DNA from: Octopus vulgaris
Taxonomy: Eukaryota
Reading direction: 5' to 3'
NCBI GenBank assembly: GCA_951406725.2
Contig: OX597817.1
Location: 74,586,001-74,650,000, forward strand
DNA length: 64,000 bases
The position numbers and the translations under genes are program-made. The notes beneath the pieces are model-generated. The model saw nothing but the letters and a program-made list of their open reading frames with translations. It did no database searches and was not told where the DNA came from. Shown in pieces: positions 12,160 through 26,235 of this stretch; the stretch's first letter is position 1, and each line of letters starts with the position of its first letter.

Positions 12160-12250
12160 GTCCAAAGTGTATCTCAAGATAAACAAGAATCTCGGAAAAA
12201 GTGGCACTTGTCGCCAGCCATGTCCTTAGAATATATAAGCTATTATCTTG
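12160..12250 (+). CDS. PHF14: PHF14 exon
   Basis: ttaatag|GTC...CTT G|gtatgt; VQSVSQDKQESRKKWHLSPAMSLEYISYYL(D). Confidence 0.87.
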
Positions 12251-13571
12251 GTATGTTTGCATATCTTTCATTTCAACTTTTGAAGGGTTTTTCTTTCTTT
12301 CTTTGTTTTTTGTATTTATTGTTTAACATCACCATCTATCCTTTCCGAGCTTTTAGTGGGGTTAACTCTGTTACGAGCTTTTAGACCAGGATAACTAAAT
12401 GTCTTAATCTGCTGCTTCTTATGGCAGTAACCCTTCCTCTCCTCTCACCCACCACTCACAAAAGCTCTATAAAAAACGATCATGAGCACTGCCTTCCCTC
12501 TTCTGACAAGGCATTAAAAAATATACATTAGAAACTTGGCATCTTCTGTTCACACTGTGAAGTGGTTGGTTAAATGGCCAACAAAGTGTAGGGCTCTGAG
12601 GTCCCTCTATCCTGTCTCACCAAGGACTACTTAACCTTTCTAGTATTGGTACCACAAGAAAATGCACCCAGTCCTGTATAGTGGTTGGCATTAGAAAGGG
12701 CATCCAACCACAGTAACTAAGACAAATGACATATTCCCATAGTTCCCAATGGGAGTCGACTTGGACTGTGATGACCAATCCAATTCATACCAGCATGGAA
12801 AGCTGATGTGAAATGATTTCAATGATGATGGTTAGACTTTAGAGAACATGTTGCCTAAATTGCCATATGACTGGGAAACCAGGGAATGAAGTAGATTGTT
12901 TGAATTTGAAAATGACAAACGTGAAGTGAAAAAAAAAACATAAACATTGATTGATGATGCATGAGGGGTGTACTGCCATGGCTTAATGTTTTTTATTAAC
13001 CACCTCCCATCTCAGTGTTGATCCAGCAGCTTTGTGATAAGAGGCATTCTAGATGTAACCATCCCACCCACTCTTTTTTTCTTCTTTTGTTTGTCATATT
13101 ATATCTAGGACTGTAGTCACTAATGTGTTCTGTTTTTTAAAAGGTGTGATTTGAGGGGTATTTTGTTGCTGTTTCTAGCAGATTGAGTGACCATTTAGAT
13201 GGTTCCCTGCTGATTGCTTATTATAATATAATTGAGTTGATTATAATACAACAGCAATCTCCAGTCTATTTCCAGTTAGGTTCGTTGGTACAATTAGAAC
13301 AACAATCCTCCTTTAAAAACCATTTAGCCCATTGTTTATGACAGAGTTTCATTTTACACATGATGAACATGTAGAGAGACAATTAATGAATAAAGCAAAA
13401 TCTTCCCTGCTTTTAAATTTCCTCACAAGCTAAGTTTTACAGCCTTATGAAGAAAGAATTTGGTTAATAACTGTTGTTTGCAGTTAGAACACACTTGTAC
13501 ATTAAAAAATTTTTTTTTAGTTTATTAGTTAATAACAAAATAATGTAAAATCTTTTTTATCGTTTTTATAG

Positions 13572-13678
13572 ATAGAAATGCTCGTATAGATACTATGAGA
13601 ATTAACATGAAGGAATTGTCAACTCAGAACTGTAAACTTCAAGAACAACAAAAAATATTAAGAGTCCAATATGATCAG
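13572..13678 (+). CDS. PHF14: PHF14 exon (coiled coil)
   Basis: tttatag|AT AGA...GAT CAG|gtaagt; (D)RNARIDTMRINMKELSTQNCKLQEQQKILRVQYDQ. Confidence 0.87.
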
Positions 13679-14961
13679 GTAAGTAAATTCAAGTCAGAAA
13701 GCAGAGCATTAATAAACTTAGATGCAGACTCTTGAAAAAATAAATTCATTATAACATCGACAAATTGGACCTTGTTATTGCTACTGCTTTTGTTATTGAT
13801 GTTCTCCTCCTGCTACTTTTCCTCTTTGTTTTTTTTTTCTCCCTGCACCCTTTCTCCTTCATCATCTTTTTCTTCCTTCTTATTCAGCTTCTGCCTCCTT
13901 TTTTTTTATTCTTCCACCATCATCACCACAACAGATAACTGAAGGAGCAGACTTTTTGGTTGACTAAGCATATGTCACAGATCAATTACTCCAGACAAAT
14001 GTTTTAGCATGTGGGACCCTATATTATGCATGTATGATAATTCAGCAGTGATTTATCATAAGTAGACATGTTTTCTTTGAAATATTTTTTAAATGCTATC
14101 CAGATGTGTGAATAATCTGAATATCTGAATACAACCTGTAATTGTGTAAATTACACTGTTTTGTGTTGTCTCTAGTTTAGGATAAAGACTCCCTTCAGTA
14201 ATGAATGACCATGGGATATGCCTAGAAAGTTCCTCTCCAAGGCGCATGTCTGGGCAAGGTTGTTTATGGAAGTGCAGCAGCTACCCATGCATACCGGCCT
14301 CCCCTCTCCACGCCACCAATATTATCCAAGGGAAAGGCAAGGGCCAATACAGCTTGGCACTAGTGATGTCACAACTCATTTCTACACCTGAGTGAACTGG
14401 AGCAATGTGAAATAAAGTGTCTTGCTCAAAAACACAACACAGATTGTGAGCCCTAACCACTGAAACATGTGCCTTCACACTTTCTAGTTTAATGTGTAAA
14501 TATTTAGAACTGAGACAGGACATGGTGCAGTATTTGAATTCTAATATGTTGTTTGTAGACTAGCATCATTATTCTCTTGTCAGTTTATTTGGTATCTGTG
14601 AATACACTAATTGTACCTGTGCAGCATATAACCATTTCTTCTACATGTCTTAGTATAAATATATTGACTGCTTTTTGTTTTGTTTTGTTTTTTTAACACC
14701 TTAGGGGTTATTCACTTCATTTGTTTTCGTTCTTTTGCTGGTGTTTCTTTTCCTTATAGAGATATTCAATTCTTGTGGGAATTGAATTCAAAACCCTTAG
14801 TTTCCAAACTAGATACATAAGGCATTACTAAGACTTACATGTAACAATAACTGGGGTTTTTTTTTTTTTATATGACCTCTATCTGTAGATGAGAGAAAAT
14901 GATTTAGATTTCAGCTGTCTGGGTGATTCTGTTTCTAGTATTTATATTTGAACTTTTTCAG

Positions 14962-15057
14962 TTAGTGAATGAAATGAATCGGTTGAAAGATTCCACTCAC
15001 AAGCTGCAACAAAACGGAGAAGAAACCTGGAGTATTTTAACTGATCTTTCAGGACAG
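14962..15057 (+). CDS. PHF14: PHF14 exon (coiled coil)
   Basis: tttttcag|TTA...GGA CAG|gtaaac; LVNEMNRLKDSTHKLQQNGEETWSILTDLSGQ. Confidence 0.82.
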
Positions 15058-16190
15058 GTAAACATAAAAATTTACTATCATTAATAACCATTTTTGTAAT
15101 GTATAGTTTTCTCTCTTTGAAAACAACCATGGCTATGTGGTTAAAAAGCTTGCCTCCCAACCACATGATTTTGGGTTCAGTCCCACTACATAGTGCCTTG
15201 GGAAAGAGCTTTCTACAATTGCCTCAGGCTGCCCAAGACCTTGCGAGTGGATTTGGTAGAGAGAAACTAAAAGAAACCGATTGTGTGTGTGTGTGTGTGT
15301 GTGTACACGTGTGTTTGTATCTCTTTGTCTTGATGTCACATGATAGTTGTATATGAGTATTACCATCATACAAGCAGTATCATTTATTTCCAGTTTTTGC
15401 GTAAAAACATGTCTAGCCAAAGGAACAGGTGGGTGTTGGCATCTGGTCATACAAAATCTGCCTCAACGAATTCCATCAGACCCACATAAGCATAGAAATG
15501 TGCTGTTGTTATTGTTATTGTTGATGTTTGTCCTCTCTGGTTTTCAAATCTCAGAACCACCCCCTATGAAAAACACTGCTTTAATTACAGCTTGAAACTT
15601 AGGCTAATCTGCAGATTTCAGCATTAGTATGTGTTCTATTGGACATTTTTTTAATACACAAATCATAGACCTTCTTGAAACTAACTCCATTGTAAGTGGA
15701 GACAGGTAACATGTACTAGTAGAATAATTTCTGTCTTGTCAGACTGGAGAACTGAATTAGTTTTGAGCAGGATTTAGACTTCTAACCTATAAACTACTTG
15801 AGCATTAACCTTAACCTTTTAACATTTAAACTGGCCAAATCTGACCAAAATATTCTACTGACCAGATCCACCCTTTACTACATACCATACAAGGTCATTC
15901 TAAGAATAAAACTATCTCAGCATCAAAATCTCAAAGCTACAAGATAATGCATTGTTAATACAAAACAATGTGAATAAATAAGCATTACCTTCAACATAAT
16001 AATCTGAGTACTAAAGGGTTAAAGAAAATATATCTTTCATCAAAACCAAATAATTTTCTTAATGATTCTGTAAGTAGTCCATCCATAATCTTTTATTTTG
16101 AGTGTCTGAGGAATGACCTTTGGTATAATTTGGTATTTAATGTTTCACTTTGGTCTTGTCTCATTCTAAAACCTTGGTATTAATTCATAG

Positions 16191-16291
16191 GAAATTAACA
16201 CTCCAGAGATGTTCCGTGTACGCAAATCTCCTCGCTCTCCAACAAAACGGGACCCTCAGCCTAAATCTCCTTCAGCACCTGCCATTCAACA
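16191..16291 (+). CDS. PHF14: PHF14 exon (S/P-rich linker)
   Basis: ttcatag|GAA...CAA CA|gtaagt; EINTPEMFRVRKSPRSPTKRDPQPKSPSAPAIQ(H); phases bridge the flanking exons. Confidence 0.8.
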
Positions 16292-16782
16292 GTAAGTTGT
16301 GCTTCCTCAGTTTCAGTTCAGTCAGCTCCTCTCTCTTTCTCTGTCTCTCTCTCTCTCTTGTTTAGTTTTGCTTATTCTATATTTGCATTTTTCTTTTTAA
16401 AACATTTTATCTCATCCCATACTTTTTCCCCTTTTAACTTTCCATTTTATTTATCTTCTCTACTGTTCTCTAAAACTGCTGTTGTTGTTGTTGTTGTTTC
16501 ATTGCTGCTTACTAAATAGTCATTAATTCTGAAACCCTTAATTTCCCATGATTCCATCCAATGATAAGAAAGGTACAGTGGACATCAAGTGTTTTCAGAA
16601 AGAAAAGACTATTTTATATAAATGTGTGGTAAGATTCAATGTTATGATTGGACAATATGAATGTATGGCAAGACTGGACAAAATGATTGTTATGAGATGT
16701 TTGTAGTAACTGAAACAACAGTATAGTAAGATGGGTATGACAGCCAGCTTAGACATTAGCTCATAAAACAATAGAGCAGTAC

Positions 16783-16837
<55 letters not shown>

Positions 16838-18976
16838 TACTTCTCTATTGTGGTTTTATAATATATAGGATATGACATTAAAAAAAAAAAATAAGGATGA
16901 TTGTAACCATCATCAGTATATATCAAACAAAAAGGGGAAATTTTGCCAGTGAATAATTTGTTTCAATTAGGATTTTCCAGATATGCATGTGATCTATACA
17001 TATTGCTGTTGATTGGTGTACAAACTTATTTCAAATTTCTGTTAATAATAAACAGAAATATCTTTTTATGGAAATGGAATGTGTATTCTTATTTCTAGAC
17101 ATTCACATATTGATTATGTAAAATGTATCAAAAAGTTAAAGAATTTAAATTAAAATGGGGCTGTTTTATTATCAAGAATGTCTTTCAAAACGCTGATGTT
17201 TTTGGCAATATTTTGTTATTAGTAACCAACAACTATAGCTCCTTAATGCCAGTGCCACGAAAAAGCACCCAGTACACTCTATAAAGAAGTTAGCTTTAGG
17301 AAGGCTATAGAAACAATGGAGTTTGATGCAGTTCTCCAACCCATTGGATTGTGTCAAATAGTCTAACCAATTCCTGTATGGAAGATGGACATTGAATAAT
17401 AATAATTAATGATGATGTTGAAATGTCCATCAGACTTAGAATAACAGATTCAAGTTTCAATGTAACTTTTCTTAAATTATACCAAAGACATTATAAAAAA
17501 ATAGGCTTAACTGTAACCCTTATTTTAATTTTGTAGATATGATTTAGTCATGAAAGAGTTATATTAAAATTTCCATTCCCATGTCCTTTTTTATTTTATG
17601 ATTAACAGCTTTACCTTCTGAAATTGCATGATTTTTGAGTTTTTGTATTGATTCAGAAAAACAAAAATGTGTTTTATTGGCCTGTTTTTCTGGGATGATG
17701 TTTTATTGAATAATATAACACTGTTATATTATTTATAATAATATTTATTATAGTAATTTCCTTATGAATGCAGTTGACCAACTAAATGCAGGGTGGCACT
17801 TGAAAAAATATATTAACTTTTTTGTTACCATATTCCTGTTGAAATACACTGCCTTGCTTTCAATTAATTTGAAAATATATTTGTCTCTATTAAGCTGGTG
17901 TTTGGAACATAAAGTAATATTGAAACCTTGTGGGAAGGTTTTAATTTAGATCACTTTTAAGTGGCAAGTTCATATCATAGGACCACAGCTGGTCTCAGGT
18001 GGGTTAAATAGAAAAATGAAACATACAAAAGAATAAGTGCTTATATGTAATATACAGGAACTTTTACAGTTTGTATCATTGAAAGTTTCACATTCTTACT
18101 TTGTGCTAGTTTCAGTAACTAAATTTAAAGGCTCACTTTTGCATCTTAATAGACTGGCTATGTGAGTCTGCTGTGTTGTGTTGTACAACTGTATAAGTCC
18201 CGCCCTGGAACAAATGGAAATTAGTTTTGTTTGTTTGAAGCGTAATTGGATTTTGTGAATACACCAGCCACATGGTTTCAGGTTCTCTCGCACTGTGCGA
18301 TACCTTGGGTAAATGTCTTCTACTGTAGCCCTAGGTTGACCAAAGCCATATGAGAGGATTTGGCAGACAGAAATTTGAAAAAGCCCATCATTGTACGTAC
18401 ATGTGTGTGTGTGTGTTTGTGTCTCGTCTTGATATTGCATGACAATTGTAGATGAGTATCGCTGTCATGCAAGCATTATCATTCGTTTCCAGTGTTCTGT
18501 GAAAACATGTGATGGGGAAATATCATCTTGCTTGGAAAGAATTGAGGGTTGGAGACAGTAAAGACATATATCTATAGAAAATCCACCTCAACAAACTCCA
18601 TCTGATCAATGCAAGTATGAAAAAGTGAATGTTAAAATGATGCTGATGCCTGAATATGTTTTTAGATAATGAACATGAGGAATTCATCATCCTGCTTTTA
18701 CCTTTTCTTCAACTTCTTTGATGGGGGTAGTGGGTTCTGGCTGTTTAGTTCTGTTACTACGTGACTTGATTATCTTCATTCCTAATGGCTTTTTTATTTT
18801 TTAGACAGACCTTTATTTAAAAGCATTTCTAAATTTTGCCTCTAGGTATTCATTTTTCTTTCTCCGTTCAAGAATATTAAAGAATCAATGTAAAAACGGC
18901 CATCGCTAATGCATCAAAATTAACTTTAGGATTTTTCTTACTATTTATTTATTAGATATAACTTGTTAATTGGCAG

Positions 18977-19108
18977 TTGTGGAATCTGTAAGAAATCAAC
19001 AAACCAACATCTGTTGGCCAAATGTGATTCATGTAGCAAACACTACCATCTTGGCTGTCTTGATCCACCGCTCTCACGTATGCCCAAGAAAACCAAGCTA
19101 CAAGGCTG
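18977..19108 (+). CDS. PHF14: PHF14 exon (PHD finger)
   Basis: tggcag|T TGT...GGC TG|gtaagt; CGICKKSTNQHLLAKCDSCSKHYHLGCLDPPLSRMPKKTKLQG(W), C4HC3 pattern. Confidence 0.93.
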
Positions 19109-20240
19109 GTAAGTAACCGGCAACTCCCTTACTAAAACTGATTTTTATCTAGAAAGCAACCAAACTAGAAATGTCAAGATTTTACCGTTTCTACTATTCA
19201 CTCACTTCAAGGCTGCTAAATGAATAAATTTATGTTTTTGTATGGTATAAGCACTGAAATGGAATGAAGTTATTATGGACATTAAAATTTTCTTTTACAG
19301 TGAATAGATCTTTGGGGTAGATTTCATCTTACATGCTCTATTAACCCTCTAGCATTCAGATTACTCTGTTAAATGTAATGCTTATTTATTCACATTGTTT
19401 TGAATTAATTATGCATTATCTCGTAGCTTCAAGATTTTGATGATGTTTTTAGAATGACATTGTAAGGTAGGTGCGAGAGGCCTGATCTGGCCACTTTGAA
19501 CACATAACATATGACTGGTTTAAATGCTAAAGATTTAAGGGGAAAATAAGTTTAAAATTTGGGCTCTTATAGAATTTCTCAGGTTTCAAATTCAGTAACA
19601 ACTTAACAAAATGATTGTTAAAAGTAACTTCAAAGGAATAAAAAAAAAAGATATTTAAAAAAATAAATTTAATCAAACTTCATCCTTATCCCAGAGCAAT
19701 TCATAATAAAATGGATTTTGTTTGCATTTCTCAGGAGTCATTTTCTGCTTATAAAAGTTTTGGTGAAAACTATACATTTTCTTATATGCGGGCCAATATT
19801 TATAATAGGTTTAGTTAATACTTATTTACTTTCTTTTATCATTTGGTTAGTTTTTTTTTTATGTATTGGCTGAAAGGAAAAGGGGCATACTTTAAATTGA
19901 TATATTCTAAGAAAGATTTAAGCTGTTGATTGAAAATATGTGAGCCAGGAGTTCTGAAGTGAAAGCACTTAGCTGGTGAGGGACTACCTATATGATCTAG
20001 AAATATAGATATAATAGCTACAGATAGTGATAAGAAAATATTTAACTGGAGCAATGTGTAATAAGAGATTATATTACAAGTTCGAGGTAGTTGTTTTATT
20101 AAAAGCAGAAAACACAGAAAGAAAATTTTATTATAAAAGACTGAAAACTTACTAAAATAAACAGATTGTTTATAACTGTTTCTGGATTTTGTTTAGAATT
20201 CTATTGGATAAGATAGATAAAATATTATACATATAAATAT

Positions 20241-20610
20241 AGGTGCAGGCATGGCTATGTGGTAAGAAGTTTGCTTCCCAACCATATGGTCTTGGGTTCA
20301 GTCCCACAGCATGGCACCTTGGACAAGGGTCTTTTACTATAGACCTAGCCTCAGGCCAACCAAAGCCTTGTGAGTGGATTTGGTAGACAGAAACTGAAAG
20401 AAGCCCATCGTGTGTGTGTGTATGTTTTTCCCTTGCCACCACCAGTGTTGGTGTGTTTACGTCCCTGTAACTTAGCAGTTTGGCAAAAAAGACCTATTGA
20501 ATAAGTACCAAGCTCTAAAAATGTAAGTGCTGGGGTCGATTCATTCGATGAAAAATTCCTCAAGACAGTGCCCCAGCATGGCCGCAGTCAAATGACTGAA
20601 ACAAAGAAAA
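20241..20610 (+). mobile_element. tRNA-type SINE, representative of the most abundant family
   Basis: tggctatgtggtaaga (A-box-like), ggttcagtccc (B-box-like), conserved body aaagccttgtgagtggatttggtagacagaaactgaaagaagccc; copies near 6008, 15127, 18265, 26461, 39688, 47943, 48385 (+) and 33430, 36760, 37830, 57720, 58445, 63380 (-). Confidence 0.75.
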
Positions 20611-22428
20611 CATAAAAGATAGATATTTTGGCAGCATTTTTATTCTGAGATCATCCCTGCTGAGCATGTTATCGGTTGATCATTTCCTTGACTTACATAA
20701 ATACACACATAGTTCTTTGACATATATAAAACATACCAGGCAATATGAGGTTGCCAAGCTGTTTACTGTATACTGGCTTGCTTGTGGCAGAGTTTCAGGA
20801 GAGGGCTGGGTGAATGTTCTGGGCTTTTTATTTTTTGCTTTGTTGTTTGTTTTTGTTTACTTTTTAATACATTTATTTATTTTGCATGTACTGAGTGTTT
20901 TAAGTGCGTTTTGTTTGTTTTTTTATTTGTTTTTTTTTTTGTTTTGTTTTTTTTTTCCTTTTCATATTTCAAAGTTATTTAATAAGTTCCATTAGTGAAA
21001 CCAATCAATACTTTTGCTTAGTTTCAGTGATATTTCTACTAACTACTACTTCTACTACTACTATTACTTTATTTTTTTTACAAATTGTTAATGAACTAAC
21101 AATTTAAGATATTGCAGATGGGAACGTCATGGAAGGATTTCCACAAAAATTGACAAACATGTCGGGGGAAAAAAATCAAAAAGAGACAGAACAACACTAT
21201 AAAGTTATACAGTTCAATCCATCCATAAGGCAGCTAGCTACCCTGCAACTACTCTGGGAGAGGTTTCCATACAGAATTAGTTCACTTTCTCTTACAAGAA
21301 CGTGCCGAACACATTGTACTCATTTTTCAGTGACAGTCATTAATTAGATCATCACCACCATTACCACTACAATTTTTTTTTTTTTTTTTTTTTTTTTTCC
21401 TTTTCTAGGAGGTTTGGATGACATGAGGATTAAGTCTTAATCTGTCTCTATTCTTTTCATTGTCATTATACACAAGTACACTAGAAACTAGAATTTCAGT
21501 GGGAAAAAGAAATAGCATTTGGAAATTTTGACTGTAGATTCGTTATTACATGGTTTACCCTTATTGATGATCTGATATCCTCAAAGACTGGAAGTGTATA
21601 TATTCACACACACACACACATACTTATATACACATGTATACATGTGTGTATGTATGAAGGCGCATGGGCTAATAGTTAGGCTGTTGCATTCATGATCATT
21701 AGATTGTGGGTTCAGTTTCCAGGTTGGACAATGCATTGTACTCTTCATTTCACATCTCATTTCACTTTGTTCTGTCCCACCTTTCAATTAGGGGTAATGT
21801 TATGTTGGTCTGCCCACATGCATGCATGCACACATTCCTGGCTGTGTGTCATTTTAATGATGTGTCAGTTTGGGAGAAATCTTGATTCTTGAGATCATTG
21901 CCTTTTGTCATATGGACCTGGTCTCAATTGCCATATGGTAGAGAAAGAGATAATTGTAATACATCAAGAATTTATGTTGTATGGTATTTGATATATCTGT
22001 AATTATCTATGTTGTTCATATATATATCAGTCATCACCCTGATTTATTTCTCCAACCTATCTTTGCATATATATAGGTACAGTAAATTTAGGTTGAATAC
22101 TTGATAAGTGTAAGCACCTGTATACGCCAGCTAGTAGCAAAACACTCTGAGAGTGTAGTGAGTGCTTTTTACATGCCACTGGCACAAAGGCTAGTCAGGC
22201 GGTTCTGGCAACGACCACACTCAAAAGGTGTTTTTACATGCTACCTGCACGGGAGCCAGTCCGATGCCACTGGCACATATGCTGGTAAGGCAACACTGGC
22301 AGCGATCACACCTTTGCATATATATATATAAATATAAATATAAATAACAATTGCAGCGTGGAAGGTGTTTGTAAGCCATTTAAGAAACATACAAAAGCCG
22401 TTCGATTCACTTCAACATTTAAGTTTAA

Positions 22429-22479
22429 TTTGTCAAAATATTTTCATCGCTATAAGACCGCGACCTGTTTACTGACAAA
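22429..22479 (-). ncRNA. Hammerhead-like fold with G3/C8-swapped core
   Basis: Reverse complement tttgtca-GTAAACA-g-gtcgc(ggtcttata)gcgat-GAAA-A(TA)T-TT-tgacaaa. Confidence 0.45.
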
Positions 22480-22563
22480 AATCTGTGCTGCATCTCAGAG
22501 ATGCAGCACACATTCCAGCACACGATCTCAGATCAAATCACTAGCTATGCAAGTACATCTCCG

Positions 22564-22600
<37 letters not shown>

Positions 22601-22809
22601 AGTTATATACTGTCAACTTAATGTGACAGTCCCATGAAGGGAATCATACTACTGCTATTTAGCCCTAGGAAACAGCAACGCTTCCTGTTGGCCTTGACAC
22701 ATTTCCTGTGTCCTTATGTTTACAAGGGGGAGATAAGCACCTCCACCCAGCTAAGCCTTATATGTTTACAAAAGCTAGATAGGCGTCTCCAACTAGCAGG
22801 CCATGCTAC

Positions 22810-22852
22810 TCCAGACTGATGATGAGCAAAGACTCAGAAACTAGTCTCTGGA
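22810..22852 (+). ncRNA. Minimal type I hammerhead ribozyme, canonical core
   Basis: tccaga-CTGATGA-tgag(caaaga)ctca-GAAA-C(TA)G-TC-tctgga; all three stems and all core nucleotides present; predicted cleavage after C22846. Confidence 0.88.
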
Positions 22853-24272
22853 TGCATCATTTAACGTCTGCTTTCCAAGTTGGCATGGGTTGGACGATTT
22901 GACTGAGGACACAAGCCAGAAGCTGCACCAGGCTCAATCTGATCTGGCAAAGTTTCTACAGCTGGATGTCCTTCCTAACGCCAAACACTCTGAGAGTGTA
23001 GTGAGTGCTTTTTACATGCCACCGGCACAAGGGCTAGTCAGGCAGTTCTGGCAACAACTACACTCAAAAGGTGTTTTTACATGCTACCTGCACGGGAGCC
23101 AGTCCGGTGCCACTGGCACATATGCTGGTAAGGCAATGCTGGCAACGATCACACTTGAATGGTGCTTTTCACATAATTATTGAAGTTAGCTCTCATTTAT
23201 TGTGCATCAAGAGGGTCATCTTTGAAACGTGAAATAATTTGAGCATTTGATGTCGGCAAGTCGGAATAAGTTCACATCTTTAGTTTAGGATTTGAGTGGG
23301 GTGGTGTAGGTGATGTGAATTTCCTTTGTTGCAAAAGTTGCTACTTGCATAGCTTCAATCTGTTCCTAATTGCTAATCCCTTATCTAATAATGTAACATA
23401 ATATATATAATTTAGTTTATTAAATGATAGTAGTATTTTAATAAGGGAGACAATTCTGGACATAAAATGAATATTGGTGATGGAAGCAGTATTAATACTG
23501 AATGACAATCTATGTATCTTATTTAATGTAGGTGTATTATTAGAATGCCAAATACTGCATACAGATGCAATGCTTAAAGATACAGACATATAATATTAAC
23601 AGATGAGAACCATCTGGCATGGACACTGAAAAAGCTAGATCACATGATTTCAACATACTGCATTCCCTCAGTGACAGGTGTCCACTCACTTTATACTAGC
23701 TAAACCTCACTGTTAATGATATATAGAATAACTCTGAATTTTCAGTCACTGATGTCACATGTGGCCAGTAGGCTTGTTAAAAAATAAATATTCGCAATGG
23801 AGGTAGTATTAATGTGGGACTTATTAATTCTGGACCTGATTTTGGTTTTATTAGAACTCATCAATGTTTAGACTTGGTAATTTATGATTGAATATGTCTT
23901 GTTATATCTCAAAGAAATTTACATAGGGGCTGAATTTTTAATGAAACCTCAAGTATTTTATATTTCAGCTTTATCTTTTATATAATGTAAAATTTAAAAT
24001 TATTTCAATTTCAATTTTTTCATTTTTTTATTTTTCAGTATTAATATTAAATTCATGTGTGTTTAATTACAGCATTATCTTTCAGCTTCTAAATGTTTTC
24101 CATATCACAAGAGATTGTTAAAACTATTGTTGTTGTTTTTGTAGTCCATTGGATTGACAAAAGTGATGGACTCGCAGTGTAAAAGCTTTGAGTTATTTAG
24201 CTATCTCCTTTTCAAGCCTTATGTCTTTTGTAGAATGGAATATGATTATTCTTATTATCATTATTATTTATT

Positions 24273-24331
<59 letters not shown>

Positions 24332-24349
24332 TATTATTATTATTATTAT
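24273..24349. repeat. (CAT)n(TAT)n microsatellite
   Basis: Directly visible. Confidence 0.95.
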
Positions 24350-24615
24350 TCAGACCCCAAAGAATCCCTCTTAACACATGGCTATGATGCTCCCCCACTA
24401 CTTCTGCTCATGATCAGAAATGCACATATCGTCAGCCACTAAGAGACATAGTCAACTAGTTACGGTCAATCAACTGACAAGCAAATCTGTGGTATTGAGC
24501 AGAATATTTGCTGTAGCCCATCTTTTATACCAAGACAAAACAATGTACATGATAACACTTCCAATCAGTTAAGATCAGAAGCCACAAGAGCCACTGTCTA
24601 GTATTGTATCAGGGC

Positions 24616-24789
<174 letters not shown>

Positions 24790-25669
24790 AAGCTGGCAAA
24801 ATCAATAACACACTGAACAAAATGCTTAGCAACATTACCTTCAGCTTTACATTCTGAGTTCAAATATCACCAAGGTCAACTTTGTCATTCATCCTTTCGG
24901 GGTTGGTAAAATAAGTACCAGTTGAGCACTGAGGTTCATGTAATTATCTCCCCACTTCCTTTCAAACATTTCAGGCCTTGTGCATATAATAGAAATGATT
25001 ATTACTATCATTAAGGCAGCAATCAGACAGAACGCTTGGGAGTATTTTTCCTGACTCATTACATTCTGAGTTCAAATTCAACTTTGCCATTCATGCTTTT
25101 GGGAATTGATAAAACAAGTACCAATCATGTACTAGGGTCAATATAGATGACTTCCCACACCTCTCAAAATTGCTGGCCTTGTGCTAAAATTAGAAAGACT
25201 TATTATTATTATTAAGGCAGCAAGCTGGTTGAGTCATTAGTATGTTGGAGAAAATCCTCAGCAGCATTTCTTCTGACTCTTTTAACCACCTAAGTTCAAA
25301 TTCTACAAAACCAATCAAATACTGGGGCCAGTGATATCAAGTAACCTTTCCCCTAAAATTTACTGACCTTGTACCAAAATTTTGATTAAAGAAATCCTTA
25401 TTATTAATATTATTATTATTATTATTAATGTTAAGGCAGCGAGCAGGCAGAATTGTTAGCATGCTGGGCAAAATGCTTTGAAGTATTTTGTCTGTTTTAA
25501 CATTCTGAGTTCAAATTCCGCTGAGGTCACCTTTGCTTTTCATCTTTTTGGGGTCAATAAAATAAGTACCAGTTGAGCACTGGGGTCAGTGTAATCAGCT
25601 AACTCCCTTCCACAAAATTTCATGCCTATAGCAGAAAGGATTATTATTATTATCATTATTATTATTAGT

Positions 25670-26235
25670 CAGTAGTCTTATTTTTATAACGTGCTTTCAA
25701 TGCACTACTGAATGCAGCTCTGTGTGCTGTGGTTTGCTGTGATGCTCTTATGGTTACTGTATTGAAAGCGTTTTACATAGGATGTGTGCAGTGCCTAGTA
25801 GTGCAATTTTCTGTATGTTATATATACTTGTTAGTCCTAGTGTTTTTGTTATGTAATTGTCTCGGTATTTTTTTATCATACTAATACACCCACTGTGATA
25901 GGAATTGTTTCTGTTTTTAGACTCCACATTCAAGTTACCTCTATTTCCAGGTCTTTGTATTTTGAAAGTTTCTCCATTTCTTTTAGAGAAATGTTGTCAT
26001 CTGTTGGTATTGATACATCAATTAGAAAGCATTTTTTTCTTCATTGGCCTCAATTTCTCTATCTGTATGTATTGGCATATCTCATAGTATTCTTGCTTTC
26101 TCATTTTTTGTGACCTTTTCTGGCGTATGCTTATACCATCTTTTTTCTGTTGTTATTCCATAGTGTTGGCATAGCTTCCAGTGTGTGTAGGTCTCAACTC
26201 AGTTGTGTCTGTGAATATATTCCCTCTTAGTAGTC
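25670..26235 (-). mobile_element. 3' fragment of an RLE non-LTR retrotransposon (R4/Dong-like)
   Basis: Minus strand reads EKLSKYKDLEIEVT*MWSLKTETIPITVG...NIQKIALLGTAHIL; ends in (TAA)n. Confidence 0.75.
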
